A stretch of 64,000 nt of DNA. It comes from Candidatus Thorarchaeota archaeon. Lineage in GTDB: Archaea > Asgardarchaeota > Thorarchaeia > Thorarchaeales > Thorarchaeaceae. Shown here piece after piece: positions 11,189-21,635 of the stretch. The stretch is taken from positions 768,001-832,000 of the forward strand of contig CAVSBO010000003.1 of the NCBI GenBank assembly GCA_963726195.1. Reading direction: 5' to 3'. The notes below the pieces were generated by a model that worked only from the letters and a program-made list of their open reading frames with translations, did no database searches and was not told the DNA's origin. Both the position numbers and the translations under genes were made by a program. Each line of letters begins with the position of its first letter. Position 1 is the stretch's first letter.

Positions 11189-11899
11189 ATGGACGCTTGG
11201 ATAAAGGTCATCGTCGTGCTGATGATGGTGTCGGCACTGAGCATGATCATAGGGGATCTAATGTTCGATCCATTTGTGGGCTTGATACTGTTGAGTGTCT
11301 TGCTCACATTGATGGTGGTGACCCTGGACCCAGCCACCGGAAAGGCGATGGCTCAGGTTACCATTCCAATCGTTCTCATTCTGTTCGCTTTTCAAGTATT
11401 CCTGAATCCGGGCTTCCAGTTCCAGATATGGATGCTCTTTGTGGTCGGCGCACTTCTGTACATGCTGTTCACCCTCTTTACTGGCGGTGGTGGAACTCTT
11501 GAAGGCGGAATCATCGATGCCAAGCTCTCTCTGAAGCTCTTTCCGCTCTATGGTCTGGCGATAATCATCTCGGTCATTGTGGACCCAACGCGCCGCACGG
11601 CAGTGTATATCATGGTCGGCACTGTGGGTTCACTGATGAGCCTGTACATGGTCTTCCTTCGCAACTACGACAAGTGGCCACAGTATACATACGGTAAGAC
11701 ACGCGATATCACCGCTCTCACAGACATCAATCCAAAGGGCAAAGTTGGGGTGGGATCGGAAATCTGGTGGGCCCGGACAACCGGCCCTCCCATCAGGCAG
11801 GGTGAGAAAGTCATTGTGAAGGCAATGACAGGGCTCACGATGATAGTCGCAAGAGATGAAGAGAGATACTCTCAGGCTGTAGAAGGCCGCAATGATTAG
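11189..11899 (+). CDS. NfeD-like membrane protein (stomatin operon partner)
   Basis: Multi-TM N-terminus plus C-terminal OB-fold GKV.VGSEIWWAR...I..GEKV.V; directly follows the SPFH gene. Confidence 0.8.
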   Translation: MDAWIKVIVVLMMVSALSMIIGDLMFDPFVGLILLSVLLTLMVVTLDPATGKAMAQVTIPIVLILFAFQVFLNPGFQFQIWMLFVVGALLYMLFTLFTGGGGTLEGGIIDAKLSLKLFPLYGLAIIISVIVDPTRRTAVYIMVGTVGSLMSLYMVFLRNYDKWPQYTYGKTRDITALTDINPKGKVGVGSEIWWARTTGPPIRQGEKVIVKAMTGLTMIVARDEERYSQAVEGRND

Positions 11900-11929
11900 C
11901 AAGATTGAGCCGTTGCTTAGCCGGCTCAA

Positions 11930-12744
11930 TCACTTCTTTTCCATCTTCCAGTTTCTCAGGAACACAAACAGGACTAGGAAGCCGAGGAGGAACCCGGGTA
12001 TAGTCGAAACGCCCCACTCAATCTGAAATAGCTCGGGGCGGCCACCGATGTATGTGGGTAGACAGGAAATAGCACGTATGCGATCATGTTCCAGACAAAA
12101 TGGAATGCAATGGGTGCCCATAGCCTGTTGCCGGACAGATAATAGGTGAGACCCAACACAACGCCGCCGAGAAACATGTTAAATGCAAAGATAGCCACAA
12201 GCAGATACGGGACCGACCCCAAGGGCAGCCACCAATTGAAATGAAGCAGGGAGAACACTAGCGAACTGGCACATACCCCTACTGGAAGCCCCCACAGTTT
12301 CGTCATTCGTGACATTAGATAGCCCCTGTAACAGAGCTCCTCGAACACTGCGACAGGAGTCGTGATGATGATTTCACCGGCCAAGAGGTCACCAGTGATT
12401 TCTGATGCTGAACGCAATTGCCCTCCAAACAGCAAAGCCACCAATAGTACGAAGCCTGCCGCTACGATGCCTGCGATTGCGCCAACTGCCAACAGCGAAT
12501 TGGTCTTTGAGTCAACGGTCAATCCCAGCTCCGTGACCGACCTGCCGCCCTCCCATCGTACGAAGATAACAGCTGCAAAGTACATCAACGCAAAGGTCGC
12601 GAAGAACAGGAGCGTGTTTACCATATCATATATGTCGGACCCATACACTGCCGCCGTCAATATAGGAGAGAGCTCGACAATAAGAAGCATGATCAGAGAA
12701 AACAGGACAACCCTGACGAACACAATGCTGCTGGCTCCACTCAT
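11930..12744 (-). CDS. CPBP/Abi (CAAX-like) intramembrane metalloprotease (frameshift near 12035)
   Basis: EELCYRG, FSLLH and HFVWN motifs; last TM continues in ORF 11930-12121. Confidence 0.9.
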
Positions 12745-13023
12745 GCGTTGGGTTCACAGATAGCTGCTCATAAACCTCATCATGTTGGTCCCTTGCCTGA
12801 TGACGTGCCCAACGAAACCTCATCTTCAACTCGGACACGAGCTTTGCCATTGGACCACGCTCTTGTGTGGACGAGGCCATGTGAGTCCCGCTCGCGACAG
12901 GATACGTATGACGAACTCATTTAAGGAGCCAGAATATTCAGTAATCCGGATTACCTCCGTTTCACTCGGAGAGATATAAGACCGCTACCACGGTGTTGCG
13001 AGAATCAATAGGAGCGAGTCTGT

Positions 13024-14247
13024 TTGTCAGAAACACGGCGTCTGTTGTTGGATTACGAAACCGATGAAGTTGGTCGGCTGGCCAAGGATGATTCGAGAAT
13101 TCGAGCAGCTCTCATCCAAGCCTTTTCTGATTCATCTGAAATCGTTAGAGAGAGAGCCCTGTTGGCTGCAATCGAGCTCGGGGACCCTCATATTGTAACG
13201 GACGCGTCGAAGACCTTGACTGACGACGATGCTGATGTCAGAGTCGCAGCTGCTCAGCTACTGGCTTGGTATGGCCGAGCCGCGAACTGTTCCAGACCTC
13301 CTTAGGGGACTCAAGGACTCCAACACATGGGTTAGATCACACTGCGCTGCGGGGCTGTCAAAGCTCTTCCTGGCCCAACTTGGGCTCGTGTGCCCAGCAA
13401 GGACATCGACCTATTGGTCTCAGGCCTTCCCGGAATGAGTAATGACGACGTTAGCAGGTTCCTTACCGGACTGGGCATTCAATCCCAAGCGGCAGATCGG
13501 TTCATGACATGGCGCGATGCAAAGTTCAACGTCGAAATCGACATGAGAATAATGCTTGAGGAACTCGAGGGAAAACCCATCATACTGACCGAAGAGAGGA
13601 GGCCAACCAAAGGAAAGACGGTTGAAGCTCCGGGGCTAGCAAGAGGCCTCAGTTTGTCTCCGGGGGTTGAAGCAATACTGGCAGAGCTGCCGGAGCAAAT
13701 CAGAGCTACTCTGCCTCCTGAAGACTTGAGACGCCTGAATGCTACGACGGCTAGAGAACTGGTCGACTCACTCAAGGCGTCATTTCCACGCGAATCCAAG
13801 AAGCCCATCAAAGTTCGGAGAGTCAAGAGAGTCCGGAAGGTGGCGGTTGGACAGACACGAGAGGAATTGATAGGAAGTCTGCCCGACGAAGTGAAAGAGG
13901 AAGTTTCACCAGAGATAATGGACAGTTTGACCAAAGAGGAACTTGAAGCTCTGGTCGGCAAGTCCTCCGAGGAACAGGAGGTCGAGGTGGAGATCGGAGA
14001 GGAAGCCGCTCTGACAGAAGTCGCTGAAGAGCCAAAGGTAGTGGTCGCGAAAGTAGCTTCAGCACCGAGCACACAACAAGCTGATCCGCGTTGGCAGGAA
14101 TTGGTGACTGCTTACGGAGAGGCTAAAGCATACCTGCTCATACAAGTTCCACCCCACATGTTGGAAGGGCTACCGCCCGAACAGATACGGGAAATGGACA
14201 TGGACACTCTCAAGAGCCTCACTGACGCACTCAAGCCTAGGGAATAG
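13024..14247 (+). CDS. HEAT/PBS-lyase repeat protein with acidic C-terminal region carrying three LP-centred helical repeats (joined across indels near 13272 and 13370)
   Basis: HEAT units LIQAFSDSSEIVRERALLA, LTDDDADVRVAAAQLL and LKDSNTWVRSHCAAGL across ORFs 13024-13305, 13229-13438 and 13390-14247. Confidence 0.75.
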
Positions 14248-14250
14248 GTA

Positions 14251-15522
14251 TCACTCTTTGCCGCGTATAACGATCGCAAACTCACTCGCAAGTCGCCCGT
14301 ACCATTCCAGAAGGTCCCGCATGTTGTCAACATGCCTGTAGGTACCATTGCCGTGGTCTGCCATAGCTAGCATGAGCTCTTCGTCAATCTCGCTCCGTTC
14401 ACCCAAGCCGATGCAATATACGACAAACTTCCTGTGACCAGAGAATCGTTCTTTCAGAATCTTCAGTGGAGCGGGCCCAGTAGTAGTCATTCCATCGGTC
14501 AGCATGATAAGCATAGTCGGTTTCTTGGGGTCACCAAAGGCGTCGAGTATCTCGCCAGCCTTCATCAGTGCATCTCCCATATTGGTGAGCGTGCCGCCCT
14601 CCTCCACCTTGTCGATGACATGCGTACTAATGACTTGTAGACCTAGGGCCTTGTTCTTTCCCGTGCATTCAACATACGGTCTTACGTCACCTGTGTCCGG
14701 GTCCATGAAAGTCATTTCACTTACTCCCTTTTCGAAAGTGATAACGGCCACTTTTTCACCATAGCCCCGGCCTACCTTTTCGGCAAGGTATAGTAGAACA
14801 GCCATCGCCGCGGCCTCGGCGCGGGTGACGCTCGTGCCTTCCTCGAATCGGTCTAGAAAAGCTTGGACGTCCGGATTGTCGCCGGCGAGGTCTTTGAGCC
14901 CCTCCCTTGCGTGAGCGATATCTTTCACGGGTACGTCGCCAGTCTTCATCGAACCGCTTGTATCGATGCAAAGGATTGCATTGAATGGCGTTGATATCCC
15001 CACAGTCTTGAACTGATAACCAGTCTTGTTCCTCAATGCCTCGAAGGCGAGCTTCGCGAAATTCCTGCCAGTAAGGGCCGGTCTTGTATTCAGTATCTCA
15101 ACCTTGACTCCTAGCTCGGGCCAGCTAAATGACATTCCCGGGTACACGAGCCGCCCTCCAATGAGCTTCTCAAGTGAGGACACTTTTTCCGCTGCGCGTG
15201 TCACGAGATCCTCGGTATTGGCATCCTCAGTTAGAGGCTTGAGGCCGAACTCGACGTAGTCAAGAGCAGTCATGGGGCGGTCGTACAGTGTCACATCAAC
15301 CCTATCGCCCTCCATCAACAAGGACGCTTCCAGCACAAGGCTGTCGACTATCATCTTGTTCTGAGGGACATCGGGGCTCTTTCGAATCTCGGCGGCGCCC
15401 CAGAAACCGCTCTCAGGATCTTCAAATAGCACGATGGAACCGATATCCGCTTTGAGAGTCTCAGCGGTTTTGGGATGAAGGCTCGCATAGCCCTTTAGCT
15501 CTCCGCCGTCGACGATTTCCAA
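14251..15522 (-). CDS. CDC48/VAT N-domain-like + von Willebrand factor A (VWA) domain protein
   Basis: N-terminal double-psi-barrel-like repeats (ASLHPKTAETLKADIGSIV / MIVDSLVLEASLLMEGDRVDV), then a CDC48_2-like segment (LIGGRLVYPG...VEILNTRP); VWA with intact MIDAS DTSGS...T...LTDG. Confidence 0.8.
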   Translation of the reverse strand: MEIVDGGELKGYASLHPKTAETLKADIGSIVLFEDPESGFWGAAEIRKSPDVPQNKMIVDSLVLEASLLMEGDRVDVTLYDRPMTALDYVEFGLKPLTEDANTEDLVTRAAEKVSSLEKLIGGRLVYPGMSFSWPELGVKVEILNTRPALTGRNFAKLAFEALRNKTGYQFKTVGISTPFNAILCIDTSGSMKTGDVPVKDIAHAREGLKDLAGDNPDVQAFLDRFEEGTSVTRAEAAAMAVLLYLAEKVGRGYGEKVAVITFEKGVSEMTFMDPDTGDVRPYVECTGKNKALGLQVISTHVIDKVEEGGTLTNMGDALMKAGEILDAFGDPKKPTMLIMLTDGMTTTGPAPLKILKERFSGHRKFVVYCIGLGERSEIDEELMLAMADHGNGTYRHVDNMRDLLEWYGRLASEFAIVIRGKE

Positions 15523-15606
15523 GGTGAGTTTCTTAACGATACCGCGTTCCTCCGCCGAGATGACGGTGGATGGTCAGACTCTGATGTTATAAACAATTTC
15601 ACGCTA

Positions 15607-17121
15607 CTACTTCGTTTTGAGTGTCTCTAACACCTCGTCCGAGAGCGTATCAAACGAGTCTGCATACACAGTATGTTCATCGAGACTCTTTAGCAGAAGA
15701 GGCTCGGACCCCGGTAAGCCTAACCCGGTTGCGTTCGATCCCACGCCACCGCATGTGCTTGTCACTGCAAAACTGACGAGTTTGTCGGAACGGCGTCGCA
15801 CCCAAATGTGAAGCTCTTCAGCATCAGACCTTGACCTCAGCGTCAAGACGTAGCAATCAGCATCGACCCCACCTGCTGATGCCGTGGGTGACGCTTCAGG
15901 AGCCGCCGAGACACCCGGCGTTGGCAGAATGAGATCGAGAGACGAAACATCCCAATGCTCGTCTTTCACAACAGACATGAGGACATTCTCGAAACTATCA
16001 AGACCTTGACCCTTATCGTCTCTAAATGCGACCTGCTTAGGGCGCCGCCGACTCGTGCCACGTGTCGCAAAGGGCTTCTGTACTAAGTGGAGCGCGTTTT
16101 CTCCAAGTATTCTCTGGATATCCGATGAGTTTCCAATGAAATCCCTTGATAGTAAGTGCAAAATAGCTTCGGCCGCGTGAAGCGAGAAGAAACTGTAGTC
16201 AGTCCCAAAGAGGATTTTGCTGGACCAACTACTCGTGGACCCGACATTGTGTTCATGCGCCGTCTCCATCAACACCGGGAGGTCCTGACCATGAAGACCT
16301 GAAGTCTCAGTGAAGAAGACGGGGTCCATGAGAGTCTCATGGAGAAATGAATCGCCGGGACTCATGGCAGAATGTGCGACTATGATGTGCATTCCGGCCA
16401 GGCTTTCTGCGCATGATTCGTCTGAGCGCATTCCGTCCACGAGGTTCTTTATCCTTCTGACAGTCCTGATGTTCCTAGCGTCGAATATCACGGGAACTCG
16501 CAGCTCTCCGGCTTTTTTCACCACTCGTTTTGTTATGTCGTCTTCAATGTCATCCAGAAACAATTGAGCTAGCGGGTGCAACTTGAGACCGCGTAGTCCT
16601 AGCTGTGTGACTGCTCTCTGTAATTCTCGGACCGCTGTCTCAGCGCCAATTGTCCTCGCATCCGTAGGGTCAACGCGTGCAAAACCGATGAGCCGTGTTG
16701 AGTGAGGAGCTCTTGTCGTCCAGCTCGCGATTCTGTCATTTGAGAGCTTGAATGAGGCTACTAACTTGTTGTCGCTCTTGGCATAGTCGTCGGAGAAGGG
16801 AAACACTACTGTCCTATCGACAAGCCAGCCATGATTCATCTCAGCCCAGCTTTTTCTCAAATTGAAGCACTTTGAAACCACATGCAGCGGCTCGACATCC
16901 AAAGGCTCATAGAGGAGCTCATCCTTCTCAAGCCGCTCCTTGGCCATTCGCCGCAACTCGAACCAAAGAAGGGAGTAGAATGAGTAAGCTCCAGCAGGCG
17001 TGTTTTGGTGGCTGCCCTCACGTCCCATGTGATGATGAGCATCAACCACGTAGAACCGGAACACGTCTCCTTTCTTTATCCCATGCTCAGGTTGATCCTC
17101 AACGGCGCGGACAACGAGCAT
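15607..17121 (-). CDS. Amidohydrolase superfamily protein (Amidohydro_2-like TIM barrel) with extra C-terminal domain
   Basis: DAHHH, GLKLHP, AHS, ILFGTDY and ILGENA motifs; about 150-aa C-terminal extension. Confidence 0.9.
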   Translation of the reverse strand: MLVVRAVEDQPEHGIKKGDVFRFYVVDAHHHMGREGSHQNTPAGAYSFYSLLWFELRRMAKERLEKDELLYEPLDVEPLHVVSKCFNLRKSWAEMNHGWLVDRTVVFPFSDDYAKSDNKLVASFKLSNDRIASWTTRAPHSTRLIGFARVDPTDARTIGAETAVRELQRAVTQLGLRGLKLHPLAQLFLDDIEDDITKRVVKKAGELRVPVIFDARNIRTVRRIKNLVDGMRSDESCAESLAGMHIIVAHSAMSPGDSFLHETLMDPVFFTETSGLHGQDLPVLMETAHEHNVGSTSSWSSKILFGTDYSFFSLHAAEAILHLLSRDFIGNSSDIQRILGENALHLVQKPFATRGTSRRRPKQVAFRDDKGQGLDSFENVLMSVVKDEHWDVSSLDLILPTPGVSAAPEASPTASAGGVDADCYVLTLRSRSDAEELHIWVRRRSDKLVSFAVTSTCGGVGSNATGLGLPGSEPLLLKSLDEHTVYADSFDTLSDEVLETLKTK

Positions 17122-17285
17122 CTACGCTCTTCTCCGTCAGACCTAATGCCAGTGTTCGTGATAAACATTTCATGTCAGTGACTCTGTCATCCGGACAAGA
17201 CCGGTTTGATGCGGTGCTCTCTGCATTAGGCATATATCGTTAGGCGCTGTGAACGATGCCATCGGCCAGAGTGGAGCTTGATTGA

Positions 17286-19947
17286 ATGATAGTCGTTGAG
17301 GACATCGAAAGCAGGGAAATCAAACCCTTGTTTATCGCCGACTCATTCGTTCAGCTCGGATTAGTCAGAGCCGGGACCGAAGTCCGTTCATTTGACCCCG
17401 GCAGGATACTATCCTTCTATGGCATGCTCGAAGGGCAGCTCCACGACTTGGCATCAAGGTATCCGGGGGCATTCAAGCATCTTCCTCGCAAAGCCTACGC
17501 CTATCTGAAGCGTCCCCCAATCTTGACCGAGATTCATTCCAGCGGCCTGGATCCTTCCAACACTAGCTGGTTTGTTGACCTGTTCTTTGCAAGACCCCTG
17601 ATATCCATTGGGGGGCAACAGACTTTCTGAACAGCATCAGAACAAGAATGCCGAACTAACCCGGAGGTGGTCTGAGCAGCTGCCTCACAGTCCTCGGTTC
17701 TACTATCTTCAGGATATGCGTCAAGGGAGAATCGGCTCACCAGGATGGGGTTGTGTTCTCAGTCCGACCGACTTGGGAAACTCACAGAGTGGGCCGAGTG
17801 GCTCGGAGCTCCGTCGATATGTGGAATCGGGATTACCAGTATTCATGGAGTGGACAAGTATGATGATCTGGATCTCTTGGTCAAGTGGTTAGTAGAGCTG
17901 AAAGAATGCCAAGATGGGCAGTCCAAATCTGATGCTTTCTGTACGGAGTTACAAGGAGTGGGGCGAGGGAATAACGAAGTTGCTCGAAATCCCGAGCGCC
18001 AGATTGCTGACCTCCGGGGCAACGATAGGGTTGCTCTCCACAGTAATATCACACCTTCGGAAGAACACTGACATCGTTCCATGGTCCAGCAAGCTCGTCT
18101 TCGGTAGCGGGTATCCTGAGACTCACACAGGTGATAGCATATCTGAGGTGTTGAGCTTCCTATTGAGTCGGAACTTGGCCGCTTCCACGGATGACCTGCA
18201 GCGGATATTTGCCACCAACTTGCTGTCAGTTCTGCCTCCGAGACCTCCTTTCCTCGACTACCGGAGCAGCAATGACACAGTGGTGTCAGAAGGAATGTTT
18301 GGTAAGGCATGTATCAAAGAACTGGCAAGAGTGCTTCTTTTGCTAGCGACAAAGGGAAGGCTCTATGTCTACTCTGTCGATCATATGCTGTCCAGTGACA
18401 GTGGCTCCGTAGACCTAAACTGCGGGATTGTTACTCTGAAGGACCCCGCCTCTTTGACCGCAAGTAGTCTGGCTATCCTCATCGAACGCGACGGCACTCT
18501 CAGGATTGCTGGTTGGCGAAACGCCTTTGGAGAAACTTCATCATCGAGAAGAAGCGAAGTTCTGGCGACACTGATCAGGGCCTCAACTCACTCCAGCGGT
18601 CCGATTCTGACTTCGCCGGCCCACTTGAGCCAATTCGATTGGGCGGTCCTAAGATGCCTTCAACTGAAGGATTCACAGGAAGTCCTCTCTTCTCTGCACT
18701 TCAAGGTGGAGCCAGATGATGTCCAGCCGCGACTTGTTGTTGTATCGCGTGATGATATGAATGCTCTCGGCCTATCTGAAGGGGATACTGTGCTAGCCCT
18801 AGTTGGAGGCACTGGAGAATGGTTATCGGCCAAGGCTGCACGGCACGAAGGCCCGAGCAGGCGGGTCCTGATATCCAGAAAGGACGCGCTCCTCTTTGGG
18901 CTCAGCGACCGGACTTTGGTAGATCTGGTGAAATACGAAGGCCATGTTTCTGAACTCGATGAGGCAGTGTTTTCATTCTCAATCTCCAAGCGATGGCCCG
19001 ATGGAGAACTCTCATCCTATATCTATCTGCATGATAAGCCTCTTAGAAGAGAACTTGAGAACCGAGCGTTAGGACTTGGCATGAAACTGAGGATCGGAAG
19101 AGGAGAGCACAAGCTAACCCTGAGCTTAGCTCATACAGAACCTGAACTTGTGCCTGGACAAGTTGGCGTCGCTCCTTCATCCGCAATATCATTCTGGCCA
19201 GCTCAGCTGCTCGAAGATGTGAATATCATCCTGTGTCTTCTAAATGACCAAAGCATGAAAACCAGAGACGTTAGAATAAGAACTGTGTCTTCTGCTCAGA
19301 GAAGGTTCACTCGCTTCTCTGGTCAAATGCCCGAGCTCGGTGCTTTCCTTTCCAGACTCGGAGCGCAGGCAACTCGGGCTGAACTGGCAGGCCTGATTTC
19401 CCTGTTGACAATCCAACAAATGTCTGCAAACCGTACCGAAGGACGCCTTGCCTTTGTAAGTATCTCGGACCAAGCACACAAGTACTGCATTCAGAAGGGG
19501 GGTCAAGTGCAGCCCTATGCCGAGTTCCTTCACGACCTGTCGACTCGCGAAGTCCTGATCTCACTTGTCTATTCTGTACTGGATTCGCTCGGTGAAGCTG
19601 ACAAGCAGTTAAACGTGGCGGCGGTCTATCATTCTGTTGCTGAGCTCTTGCAAGAATTCGGGACTGAAAGGCCTACTCTGGTCATAGTCATTGGAAATCA
19701 GCTGAAAGGCAATGAAGAAGAAGTTGAACCCTTCTTGAGCCGATTCTCGGAACTCGGCCGTTATCAGATGGACATTCTTGGCCTTGGAGATGACTTTGAT
19801 GCTAGGGAAACCCGCAAGATGGTCAAATCTCTGAACGCCCGCATAATCCCCATCAAGTCCTTCTCTGCGCAGCTCTATGATGATTACTTGCTGTCCGCCA
19901 TCGGTCGGCTATTGTCGGACAAGGCTCAAACCGGACCAAGTGACTAG
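17286..19947 (+). CDS. Fusion of degenerate amidohydrolase + CDC48-N-like + degenerate VWA domain (~885 aa; joined across about three indels at 17600-17915)
   Basis: Collinear similarity to both 15607-17121 and 14251-15522 (see findings); catalytic motifs substituted. Confidence 0.75.
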
Positions 19948-19975
19948 TTGCATTGCACTGACAGAGACAAACTCG

Positions 19976-21106
19976 CTAAGTGATCATAGTCTGGTAAGTC
20001 TGGACAGCTGCCGTCTTCGATCCACAGAGAACTTCCACTCTCAAACTCGCCTTGCCCTTCTCATCCGACATCGCGATGAGCCCAACGTTGATGGTCTCGT
20101 CTGCTCTCGGGTTGATTTCATGCAGCTCATTCGCTATCTCGGACACCCCGTCAGATGTGATGAGACTAGCGACGATTCGAATCCCGACGTGTGCAGGACT
20201 AGGGTTTCGCACTCTGATTCTGAATGGAAAAGACTTACCCGGCAGTATTGTGTTCGGCACGTTTCCAAGTTCCACGGTGAGGCTTGTTTGAGATGGTGTC
20301 AGTGGTCGGCCACTTGGCCAAGCAGGAATTCGTCCTCAGCTCAATGAGCCTCGACAACGAGGTCTTGAATGCCCTAACTTCCAGGCCAAGCTCAGTCGCC
20401 GCTTCGCCTATATCGAAAACACCATCGTGAGAGACGTAGTGAGCAAGAATGCGCCGGTCGACTTCGATAAGGTCGCCCAAGCCCTCAAGTATTGTTAGGA
20501 TTGCCTCGGGAAGCTGGTAGGCTTCCGTTAGAGAATAGTACTTTCCACCATCAACAGACTCAGCAATGCTTCTGAAAGATTGCTCCACTAACGGATTGCA
20601 GACCGCAGACAAAAACGAACATCGTGTCGCCGTGAAGTCTCTTCAGCGACTGGACCTCAGACCGAGGATCATGTCCGTCGGGGCATCCGTCAGGGAAGTA
20701 GTCATCTGCGAGTGTGTTGTAGGTTCTCCCGTGAGGAGGCGCATCACCCACCAGAAGGAGGACCTTGTATGAATCCTTCTCCCACGAGAGCTTGGTTCGA
20801 GCATCGTAGAGACCGTCAGCTGACTGCCTCTGGGATATCGCCACCTTCAGACGGATTCAACGCCGAGATTTCCTTGTATACTGACTTGATCTTGTCAGTA
20901 AAATCGAAGACGCGCGTGACGTATGTGTAATCTTGTGGTGGATGGTCGCGATAAGAAACAATCCCGAATCGGATGTGCAATCCCTTTGTCCTTTCCACAA
21001 CTTTGTCCACTATTCGGAAAAGACTGTCTCGTACTGCATTTATGTCGTCCTTCATCGACCCCGTGGTATCGACAACGAAGGCGATATCCAGGTTCGTTTC
21101 TGCCAG
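19976..21106 (-). CDS. VWA domain + winged-HTH + Ig-like domain protein (joined across indels near 20820, 20600 and 20330)
   Basis: DIAFVVDTTGSM MIDAS, FGIVSYRDHPPQD, GGDIPEAV, LVGDAPPHG; then DRRIL...IGEAATELGL...SLSRLIE wHTH and a beta-rich C-terminus. Start (CTG after GGAGTGA) is uncertain. Confidence 0.75.
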
Positions 21107-21215
21107 CCCAATTCACTCCGGCTGTGCGTCGAGGACCAGCCGCAATTAAGCCTTTGTAACCACAGGCCACAGCACATTTTAGGTCTGAAGCTAAACGTTT
21201 GCTGTCGTGAGTTTG

Positions 21216-21608
21216 ATGAGTGAAAGCGAAGTGCCCATAGAACTCGAATTCGGAGAAGGACTGGTTCTGAAAGGCGTACTGGACCGAATCCTTGGCCCAC
21301 TGATAGTCGAGGAAATCAAGTACCGGCTCCCAATCACTGGGAAGGCCGCCGTGATTGCCGGACAGGTGAAAATTACCGTGGGGTTGAAAGCCGGGAATCT
21401 GAAAGCATCGACAGATGCCAAGCAAGGGGACATAGCGTACAACCCGCTAGGAGACTCTCTCGATATCTACCTGAAGGACATGCATGTTACTGGTCGAGTC
21501 AACATAATCGGGAGGATAACATCGAGCAAGGATTCTCTGGAAAAGTTAGCGAGCATAAGACGAGGTGCCAATGTCCTTATCCGCTCCGCAAGTCAGGCAA
21601 AGCGATAG
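21216..21608 (+). CDS. Cyclophilin-like fold protein (DUF369-like)
   Basis: LPITGKA...GDIAYNPLGDSLDIY...VNIIGRI pattern of the TM1367/AF2241 cyclophilin-like family. Confidence 0.75.
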   Translation: MSESEVPIELEFGEGLVLKGVLDRILGPLIVEEIKYRLPITGKAAVIAGQVKITVGLKAGNLKASTDAKQGDIAYNPLGDSLDIYLKDMHVTGRVNIIGRITSSKDSLEKLASIRRGANVLIRSASQAKR

Positions 21609-21635
21609 GCATAGAATTCCGCTCTGGTGACGACT

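Noticed and set aside
10310-11899. Stomatin-NfeD pair as a new system
   Set aside because: Well-known conserved prokaryotic gene pair
15586-17171. Similar GAAA(T)TGTTTAT motifs upstream of the amidohydrolase (17158-17171) and CDC48N-VWA (15586-15600) genes as a specific operator
   Set aside because: Adequately explained as ordinary BRE-TATA promoters; spacing to the shared GTCTGAC differs
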